This document shows, one piece after another, positions 44,215-50,674 of a stretch of 50,674 nucleotides of DNA. Within the stretch, counting starts at the first letter, position 1, and each line of letters starts with the position of its first letter. The stretch is from a virus (taxonomy: Duplodnaviria > Caudoviricetes), in IMG/VR virus record IMGVR_UViG_3300032305_001858, positions 1 through 50,674 of that record; one strand, written 5' to 3'. Position numbers and translations under genes: made by a program. Under the pieces are notes generated by a model. The model had not been told where the DNA came from. It did no database searches and saw nothing but the letters and a program-made list of their open reading frames with translations.

Positions 44215-44306
44215 TCGACACCCTTACCGACGAGGCCGCTATCTTTGTGTTCTGCGCCATCATGCAGACGCTCTGCCTCTGTTACCTAGTCTGGCGGTCG
44301 CCGTGA
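44211..44306 (+). CDS. Hydrophobic Cys-rich micro-protein, copy 1
   Basis: MIDTLTDEAAIFVFCAIMQTLCLCYLVWRSP; paralog at 47634. Confidence 0.65.
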   Translation: MIDTLTDEAAIFVFCAIMQTLCLCYLVWRSP

Positions 44307-44471
44307 AACACCTCGTTGAGTTCCTGCTGTGCAGCACCATCGGCACCTACTGCCTATGGCGGGGCTGCGAGCGTGTTGCCCAGAGCTTTGGCCGAGGCTC
44401 ACGCCGTGGTGCGGATGGCCGTTGAGCGGAGGCGAGAGATCGAAGAATTGCAGGAGGAACCACTCAGGTAA
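44303..44471 (+). pseudogene. Frameshifted paralog of 47732-47899
   Basis: Deleting one G of the run 44361-44364 restores ...AEAHAVVRMAVERRREIE.. Confidence 0.65.
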
Positions 44472-44477
44472 CCCCAC

Positions 44478-45767
44478 ATGCCTATATCACTCCCTTCATC
44501 ACCGGCAGTCGGCCAGACATCCGTTCAGAACGGCCGCACCTATACATGGACTGGCTATGCGTGGGAGTTTGTTGCTGCGAGCGGTGGCGGTTCGGTCATC
44601 ACTGCCGCGACAGTCTCGGCGTTCCCTGCGACTGGGTCATCAAATGGTGTGATTTATGTTGCGACTGATACGGGTCGCTGCTACATCTGGCAGGGTGCTT
44701 ACTTTGAGGTTGGGACGACTGGTGGCGGCGACCCCGTCTGGTCTAGCGTCCCAGCTTCTTCCACGGCGACGGGTACGGCTGGGCAGATCGCATATGACTC
44801 GCAGTACCAGTACACTTGCACTGCAACCAACTTCTGGCGGCGATCTCCGTTTGCGTTGTGGTCGCCGCCGCTGCTCGCTGGATTGCAATGCTGGCTAGAC
44901 GCTGCGGATCGTACCACTTTGTTTAACGCTGGCTCTGGCGGGAACGTGCCAGACGACGGCGGCAGCATCGGTCGCTGGCTAGACAAGGCTGGGGCCAACC
45001 ATGCGACTGATGTGGTTGACGGCAGCGGCGCGACGATTAGCACGCAGCGACCGACTCGCGTTGCGAGAGCGCAGAACGGATTAGATGCGATCAATTTTGG
45101 CGGCACGCAGTGGTTCGATCAGAATTCAGCCCGTGACATGCTGCGAAATCGCTCCTGCGCAATCATGGCAGTGGCGATGAAGTACGGCACGGTTGGCAAC
45201 GGCTTAAACCAGTTTGCTTGGGCGAATCGGAAGGGAGCAACTACTGATGACACCGCGGTTCGCTATCAGCTATCGCATCGCAATGAAAACGCAATTGGTG
45301 CCACCTCCCGCCGATTGGACTCGGACGGCACTGCCGCGGTATCTACCGCGGTAGCGGTAACCAGCACAGCACCACCGTATGACACCAGTTGGCATGTGCA
45401 TGTCTCGCTCTGCGATTGGGTCAATGGCACGCTTTATCATCGTATTGATGGCACTCAGATCGGCACGGGTTCATACGCGAGCAGCGGCAATACCTCAGAC
45501 ACATCGCTTGGCACAGTAGCAAGCTCTACCGATGGCGGCACTTGGACGGCTATCGGAGCCCTCAATAGGACGCCAAGAACCGATAGCTTCAATTTTTCGC
45601 TCTCGTCTGGTTCTCGGATTGGCGAGATGATTTGCTTTGCTCGCAGCAGCGGCTCCTACACCACAGCCGACCTCCAGAACGTAGAGGCGTACCTTGCGTG
45701 GCGGTGGGGATTGCAAGCCAATCTACCCGCCGGTCATCCGTACAAAAATATTGCACCAAGTTTTTAA
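44478..45767 (+). CDS. Fibre/adhesin with LamG-like LDA domain
   Basis: PSSP module, FPATG module, VPAS...GTAGQIAYD module, WLDAAD...EAYLAWRWG...LP.GHPY. Confidence 0.85.
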   Translation: MPISLPSSPAVGQTSVQNGRTYTWTGYAWEFVAASGGGSVITAATVSAFPATGSSNGVIYVATDTGRCYIWQGAYFEVGTTGGGDPVWSSVPASSTATGTAGQIAYDSQYQYTCTATNFWRRSPFALWSPPLLAGLQCWLDAADRTTLFNAGSGGNVPDDGGSIGRWLDKAGANHATDVVDGSGATISTQRPTRVARAQNGLDAINFGGTQWFDQNSARDMLRNRSCAIMAVAMKYGTVGNGLNQFAWANRKGATTDDTAVRYQLSHRNENAIGATSRRLDSDGTAAVSTAVAVTSTAPPYDTSWHVHVSLCDWVNGTLYHRIDGTQIGTGSYASSGNTSDTSLGTVASSTDGGTWTAIGALNRTPRTDSFNFSLSSGSRIGEMICFARSSGSYTTADLQNVEAYLAWRWGLQANLPAGHPYKNIAPSF

Positions 45768-45822
45768 TGTGACAAACATCATCAAATTCCCGATCTACGG
45801 CACCTTGCGGAGCCACTAGCCC

Positions 45823-47637
45823 ATGCCACTGACACCACCAGCATCACCTACTGTAGGTCAAACATACATCGCCAACGGTCGCACTTGGGCGTGGACTGGG
45901 GCAGCGTGGGAACTCGTCGCTGCGAGTGGCAGTGGCATCACATGGTCTAGCGTTCCAGCGTCCGAAAATGCCGCAGGCACGGCGGGACAGATCGCCTACG
46001 ACTCAAAGTACCAGTACACATGCGTGGCTCAAAACAACTGGCTGCGGTCACCGCTCCTGCCGTGGTTGCCAGTTACATCTGGCTTGCAAATGAATCTGGA
46101 CGCCAGCTTTGCTCCGTCACTCTTTCAAAATTCCAACGGCACTACGGCAGCAGCAAGCACTGACAATCCGGTGGGCTACTGGGCAGACATGAGCGGTTTA
46201 GGCAACCATGCGACTCAGGCTACGAGCGGTGCAAGGCCACTTCTCAAACTCAACAACCAGAGCGGCCTGCCGGGTCTGTATCTGGATGGCACCAACGGAT
46301 TCATCACCGCGTCGATTGCCGGGCTACAATCTCTGTCTGCGTTGACGGTGATGATGGTGTGTAAGCCTGTTGCGGCAGCAGCGTCGGATGCAAACACGGC
46401 GGTGTTTTTTGCGTTCGGAAACGTGAATGCGGCTTCTGGTATTTATCCCGCAATTTCGGGCCTCGGCGTTAACTCGTCGTCGGGAGTGTTGTCGGGCGAA
46501 TACCTTGCGTGCGTCGTTGACAAAAACGGCGTGACCGGCCGAATGGGAATCTCGGCGTACCGTCGCGCCGCCAGCGAATGCATCGTCATTGCCGGTGAGT
46601 TCACCTCCAGCGGAACTACCGTATACGCTAACAATTCGCGACAGTCGCTTGACCTAGCGTCTGGTGTGACTGCAAGCACGTCAAGTTCTCCTTCTGCCAC
46701 TGGTTATACGGCAGATAACGACTTGCACATCGGCGCGCTTCGTTTGTCTGGCGTGATGACGCCCAGCCCAGCAATGACAGTCCATCAAGTTCTGGTCTAC
46801 AACCGCGCCTTGACATTCGGTGAGCAGACGAGCCTGCGGAATTATCTGTCGGCCAAGTGGGGTCTCACGCCCGCCGCGGTTCCGCAGACGATTGCCGGTC
46901 TGCAACTCTGGCTAGACGCTGCCGATGCTTCCTCGCTTTTTGACGCGACTTCGGGCGGCTCGCTCGTCGCGAGCGATGGGCAAGTTAGAAGATGGCAGGA
47001 TAAGTCCGGCAATGCAGCGCACGCAACCATTGCATCTAATGGACCGACACGCAAGACAGGCGTTCGGAACGGACGCGATGTTCTCAGGTTTGACGGCGTG
47101 AACAACTTGTTGCAGACAGGTGCCATTTCAGGACTGAACTCGCTAACAATGACTGTGTTTGTGGTTGCGTCTCAGCGAGTTACAGGAGCAAACGGGACGG
47201 CGTTGGCGCTAGGCTACGGTGATTTTAGCGCCACAAGCGTAGAAGAAGGTCGTCATGGCTTAGTTGTCTTTGGATCTGCGGCCACTCTGGTAGCATTTTC
47301 GCGCAACTCGACGGGCAGTTTTGTGGCCGTGAACTCTGCCAGCAGGCCATCGTTCACCGCCAACGAGCTTTTGGTCGCTGGATATACCATCGATTCATCC
47401 GGGGCGTTGCTGGCATTCAAAAACGCCGCGACCCCACTATCTGGCGTTGCCGGATCTGGGGCTAGCGTAATTGACACTCCTTCGCTTCATCAGACGGTGA
47501 TGCTTGGCGATAACCCAGTGGCGGTCTCAAAACTGGATGGCGATATATGCGAGGTGCTGATTTACAACACGCGACTTTTAGACGCGGAGCGCAATGCGGT
47601 TATCAGCTACCTGATGAGCAAGTGGGGCATCGCGTGA
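45823..47637 (+). CDS. Fibre/adhesin with two LamG-like LDA domains
   Basis: First domain closely similar to that of 41403, second begins like that of 42901. Confidence 0.85.
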   Translation: MPLTPPASPTVGQTYIANGRTWAWTGAAWELVAASGSGITWSSVPASENAAGTAGQIAYDSKYQYTCVAQNNWLRSPLLPWLPVTSGLQMNLDASFAPSLFQNSNGTTAAASTDNPVGYWADMSGLGNHATQATSGARPLLKLNNQSGLPGLYLDGTNGFITASIAGLQSLSALTVMMVCKPVAAAASDANTAVFFAFGNVNAASGIYPAISGLGVNSSSGVLSGEYLACVVDKNGVTGRMGISAYRRAASECIVIAGEFTSSGTTVYANNSRQSLDLASGVTASTSSSPSATGYTADNDLHIGALRLSGVMTPSPAMTVHQVLVYNRALTFGEQTSLRNYLSAKWGLTPAAVPQTIAGLQLWLDAADASSLFDATSGGSLVASDGQVRRWQDKSGNAAHATIASNGPTRKTGVRNGRDVLRFDGVNNLLQTGAISGLNSLTMTVFVVASQRVTGANGTALALGYGDFSATSVEEGRHGLVVFGSAATLVAFSRNSTGSFVAVNSASRPSFTANELLVAGYTIDSSGALLAFKNAATPLSGVAGSGASVIDTPSLHQTVMLGDNPVAVSKLDGDICEVLIYNTRLLDAERNAVISYLMSKWGIA

Positions 47638-47735
47638 CCCTCTACTACGCCGTCACCGACGAAGAGTCGATCTTCCTCCTGTGCGCCATAATGCAGACGC
47701 TATGCCTCTGCTACCTAGTCTGGCGGTCGCCGTGA
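47634..47735 (+). CDS. Hydrophobic Cys-rich micro-protein, copy 2
   Basis: MTLYYAVTDEESIFLLCAIMQTLCLCYLVWRSP; GTGA overlap. Confidence 0.65.
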   Translation: MTLYYAVTDEESIFLLCAIMQTLCLCYLVWRSP

Positions 47736-47899
47736 AACACCTCATCGAATTCCTGATCTGCGGCTGTATCGGCACCTACTGCGTCTTGCGGTGCGCGGCC
47801 CTAATGCCTCGCGTGATTGCAGAGGCTCACGCGGTGGTGCGGATGGCCGTTGAGAGACGGCGGGAGATCGAGGCGATACAAGAGGAGGCGGCGCAGTGA
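47732..47899 (+). CDS. Small membrane protein with coiled-coil tail
   Basis: KHLIEFLICGCIGTYCVL...AEAHAVVRMAVERRREIE. Confidence 0.65.
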   Translation: MKHLIEFLICGCIGTYCVLRCAALMPRVIAEAHAVVRMAVERRREIEAIQEEAAQ

Positions 47900-47991
47900 G
47901 CAGCATCGAAGACTTGCAAGGATTCATCCCGCCATGCCCCGGCGAGGGCTGGACGTTAGACGAGGCGACAGGGACATGGGTGGGAGCTTGA
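47896..47991 (+). CDS. Micro-ORF (31 aa)
   Basis: SD GAGGAGG; FIPPCPGEGWTLDEATGTW motif. Confidence 0.5.
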   Translation: MSSIEDLQGFIPPCPGEGWTLDEATGTWVGA

Positions 47992-48104
47992 TCTCGAAAC
48001 TCCTCGCAGCCATCGCAATTGCAATCGCAATCGTCGCCCAAGCTCTCATGTTCGCTGCGGAGACGCTCGGAGACATGAGCGATGAATGGAACTCCGATCT
48101 CTAA
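47988..48104 (+). CDS. Small membrane peptide
   Basis: TTGA overlap; LLAAIAIAIAIVAQALMF. Confidence 0.45.
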   Translation: MISKLLAAIAIAIAIVAQALMFAAETLGDMSDEWNSDL

Positions 48105-48204
48105 AGAGGCACTCGCATCTCGTGGAGTGTGCTGCGGCATGCGATGCTTGAACTGTCCATACATTCCCAAGCATCAAGGAGGCTCTCGTGTTCTCAATTC
48201 TTAG
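48082..48204 (+). CDS. DUF5522-like Cys-rich peptide
   Basis: L.SRGVCCGMRCLNCPY.PKH..G. Confidence 0.7.
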   Translation: MNGTPISKEALASRGVCCGMRCLNCPYIPKHQGGSRVLNS

Positions 48205-48442
48205 CTGGCTGATCTATGGAGCGATTGTCGGAGGCATCTCGCGAGCTATCTATAAGGGCGAAACCCCTCCGGGCTGGGTTCCCACCATCGCGACAGGTGT
48301 GGCAGGCTCCGTTTTCGGCGGAATGATCCACTCCATGATCTCCGGGGGTCGAGAAGACTCTGCCGGGATCGTTTTCGGAGTGATTGGAGGCATTCTGGCC
48401 TGCTACCTCTACTCTCAGTGGCAGAAAAAGTCAGATGCCTGA
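48188..48442 (+). CDS. GlsB/YeaQ/YmgE (transglycosylase-associated) membrane protein
   Basis: ILSWLI.G.IVG.I.R.I..G....G...TI..GVAGS.FGG. Confidence 0.85.
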   Translation: MFSILSWLIYGAIVGGISRAIYKGETPPGWVPTIATGVAGSVFGGMIHSMISGGREDSAGIVFGVIGGILACYLYSQWQKKSDA

Positions 48443-48716
48443 GAGATTTGGCTTTTTCCAACCCAAGAAGCCTCCTCGAAGAAAGAAAGGCCCAAGCTTC
48501 TCTCAGAGGTATGGGCCTGACTGGGAGTCAATCAGGCTCCAAGTCTTAGTAAGGGACAATTGGCAATGCAGGCATTGTGGGAGAGTCTGCGGGGATAGGT
48601 GGGAGGCGCAAGTTGACCACATTGTGCCACTTAGGCAATCTGAGAGTCACGCGGCAGAGAACTTACAAGTTCTCTGTATCAGGTGCCACCTCAAAAAGAC
48701 TCAGCAAGGCCTCTAG
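48435..48716 (+). CDS. Small HNH endonuclease (packaging-associated type)
   Basis: W..IR..VL.RD...C..CG, VDHIVP, NLQ.LC..CH.KKT. Confidence 0.9.
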   Translation: MPERFGFFQPKKPPRRKKGPSFSQRYGPDWESIRLQVLVRDNWQCRHCGRVCGDRWEAQVDHIVPLRQSESHAAENLQVLCIRCHLKKTQQGL

Positions 48717-48741
48717 CTCTCGATTAGAGGGCTTTTTGTTT
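48715..48741 (+). terminator. Intrinsic terminator after HNH
   Basis: AGCTCTC-GATTA-GAGGGCT then TTTTGTTT. Confidence 0.65.
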
Positions 48742-48811
48742 GTACGGGTATGATGACAGCCATTTTCGAGTATTGGCTTTAAATCGCAAGCAGCGAATTT
48801 CGCAAGAATCA

Positions 48812-48957
48812 TATAGGGCAGTTTATTTTTACAACTCCTGTGAGAGCAGATTCCCACATTCCTGTTCAAAAACCTATGTAACTCAGCCTAAAACATGGAA
48901 TCCCAAAATGCTGAGAATAGATTCCAGAGATTCCATTCTAAGAATTGCCCTATAGGG
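48812..48957. repeat. Second copy of the inverted-repeat origin-like element
   Basis: 48812-48863 matches 20589-20640 at 48/52; closes with TTGCCCTATAG at 48945-48955. Confidence 0.85.
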
Positions 48958-49041
48958 AAAGCGAAACAAAAGCTTATTCGCAAAAGGATGGATGAGAACA
49001 AAGTCGGTTGACCGGCAGGCAATCGCGGATAGCATCCGCCG

Positions 49042-50613
49042 ATGCAAAGTACGGATACTTGCACCGGCTCGCCAAAAACGGATTGCGACGAGTGCGGAGC
49101 CAGCTTCGAGCGACGGCGTCGCCTTCAGCGGTTCTGCTCCCAGAAGTGCGCTGGCGTCTACCACAATCGACAAAACCGCCTGCGGCGACCACCCAAGCCG
49201 CCATTGGTCAGGCCTGAGAAGTCCTGCATCGAGTGCGGGACGGTATTCCGGCCAGCTAATCGCAGAGGCCCGACTCCTAAGTGCTGCTCCGAGGCCTGCC
49301 AGCACGCGAGGGAATACCGCAGGCAGAAGAAAAAGCCTCGCCCCGTTGTTGAGGTGACTTGTGTCACTTGCGGCAAGTCTTTCTCCGCTGGCGATAAGCG
49401 TGTTCGGTTTTGCTCTGGTCAATGCCAGTCGATCGAAAACGGCCACAGGGTGAGCCTGAAGTGCGATCACTGCGGGGTGCTTTGCTCGCGGAAGAAGTGC
49501 ATGGTGAAGGGCATCGACAACAACTTCTGCTCAAGGCAGTGCCATCAGGGATTCACGCAGCGCAACGCGAAAAGGTCGAGGCAGGCAATTTGCGAGCAGT
49601 GCGGAAAAGACTTTAAATCATGTGAAAAGAATGGTCACTGGGATAGGTGCTGCTCAATGGAGTGCAGCAGGATTCGCAGGGGCAATCGCAAGGCAGAAAA
49701 GTCTGTTCTGTCTGGTCTAGTGGACTGGTTCTTTGAGTGGCATTACCACCAACCCTGCGAAAGGCCTTGCGAGTCGTGCGGCATCGCTTTTTGGACACTA
49801 AGGGGGGCTGACTCGAAAAAGTGCGACCATAGGTGCGGCACAGAGAAGCACTGCGATCTTTGCGGAGAGGCTTTTTATCCCGAAGAGAGTCGCCGTCGTT
49901 TTCCAGACACATGCCAGACATGCGTGGAAGCACTGATCGGAATTAAGGCAGATGCCAAGGCTAGAAAGATGGCTGTTCGCGATGCTTGGCTATTGTCTGG
50001 ATACAAGCACTGTCAGGACTGTGGCGAAGAGATTCCAGTGAAGTGCTTTGGAGACACAAATAGGGTTTTTTGCTCTTCATGCAAGGGCATAAGGCATAGA
50101 GAGAAACAAAGGGTTGCTAAAAAGGGCAATAGAAAGTGGAGGCCAAGAAAAGGTTCTCCAATGAGGGCTGTTTGGGATGATCTGATTTCCATAGGCAGCA
50201 AGCAGTGCAATAGATGCACCTCACGCTTTTCAGTCTCTAATGACCATGATTGCAGAAGGCTTTATTGCGAAAGCTGCAAAGGTGAATTGGCTAGGGAAAA
50301 ATCTCGACTGAAGGCAAAGAAAAGTGGCACGCACAGAAGGAGAGCCAAGAAATTCAATGTCCCTTCTGAGACTGTTGATAGGATTCAAGTTTTTCAAAGA
50401 GATGAATACAAGTGCTGGATATGTGGCAAGAAAACCCTCAGTGACTTTGCCCTGTCTGAAGGGTCAAGCTGCCCTCATCCAGACTCTCCAACTCTTGATC
50501 ATGTGATTCCACTCTCGAAGGGTGGCCCACACTCATACAGCAATACAAAGTGTGCTTGCTTCTTGTGTAACTGCCTGAAAAGGGATAAAATCGATTTTGT
50601 CAAGCCCGCATGA
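49042..50613 (+). CDS. Multi-zinc-finger HNH endonuclease
   Basis: About nine CxxC...CxxxC/CxxC units, then RD...C.ICG, TLDHVIPLSKGG.H...N....C..CN..K. Confidence 0.88.
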   Translation: MQSTDTCTGSPKTDCDECGASFERRRRLQRFCSQKCAGVYHNRQNRLRRPPKPPLVRPEKSCIECGTVFRPANRRGPTPKCCSEACQHAREYRRQKKKPRPVVEVTCVTCGKSFSAGDKRVRFCSGQCQSIENGHRVSLKCDHCGVLCSRKKCMVKGIDNNFCSRQCHQGFTQRNAKRSRQAICEQCGKDFKSCEKNGHWDRCCSMECSRIRRGNRKAEKSVLSGLVDWFFEWHYHQPCERPCESCGIAFWTLRGADSKKCDHRCGTEKHCDLCGEAFYPEESRRRFPDTCQTCVEALIGIKADAKARKMAVRDAWLLSGYKHCQDCGEEIPVKCFGDTNRVFCSSCKGIRHREKQRVAKKGNRKWRPRKGSPMRAVWDDLISIGSKQCNRCTSRFSVSNDHDCRRLYCESCKGELAREKSRLKAKKSGTHRRRAKKFNVPSETVDRIQVFQRDEYKCWICGKKTLSDFALSEGSSCPHPDSPTLDHVIPLSKGGPHSYSNTKCACFLCNCLKRDKIDFVKPA

Positions 50614-50623
50614 GAGAAGTGCT

Positions 50624-50651
50624 ACCCCCTCTCTCGGGGGGTGTTTGTTTT
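50624..50651 (+). terminator. Hairpin after HNH (terminator or packaging-end region)
   Basis: ACCCCCT-CTCTC-GGGGGGT then GTTTGTTTT. Confidence 0.5.
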
Positions 50652-50674
50652 CCAGCCCAAAACAGCTTGCCGAC

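Noticed and set aside
41403-47637. Diversity-generating retroelement or invertase shufflon behind the fibre repeats
   Set aside because: No reverse transcriptase or recombinase seen; differences are mostly synonymous rather than adenine-specific; all copies are co-oriented and in full ORFs
585-49470. Long minus-strand ORFs (e.g. 585-1493, 1627-2673, 4903-5760, 14401-15228, 48883-49470)
   Set aside because: They shadow well-supported + strand genes, show no recognisable motifs, and are expected with GC-rich codon usage
14490-50004. Intragenic copies of the boundary motif (14490, 21867, 23243, 32841, 49993)
   Set aside because: Compatible with chance occurrence in coding DNA, so not counted as support for the motif

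Overview
A 50.7 kb segment of a tailed dsDNA bacteriophage or prophage genome. Essentially all credible genes are on the + strand and densely packed. Layout: (1) 1-1.7 kb, hypotheticals and phoH. (2) 1.7-15.9 kb, an early/host-takeover region with a MoxR/CobS-type AAA ATPase and vWA-like partner, then about 40 small ORFs driven by a family of related sigma70-like promoters. (3) 15.9-22.9 kb, replication/recombination genes (SNF2 helicase, RecE-like exonuclease, SSB-like protein, Prim-Pol, origin-like element, UvrD-like helicase). (4) 22.9-30.9 kb, accessory genes (bacterioferritin-like, nucleases, GP88-like, GNAT, CAP, FkbM, glycosyltransferases). (5) 30.8-33.9 kb, membrane proteins around a papain-like C1 peptidase. 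(6) 33.9-47.9 kb, an array of mosaic fibre/adhesin genes built from shared modules. (7) 47.9-50.7 kb, small membrane proteins and two HNH endonucleases. I recognised no terminase, portal, capsid, integrase, DNA polymerase, tRNA or CRISPR array in the window. The most unusual signals are an oriented asymmetric intergenic motif (stoperator-like), a CCTA-N6-CCTA/GTGTCATAGC promoter code, a duplicated inverted-repeat origin-like element 28 kb apart, a bacterioferritin lacking most ferroxidase ligands, and the combinatorial fibre array with recombination scars. A Planctomycetota host is a tentative inference only. All family assignments come from motif recognition by eye, not database searches.
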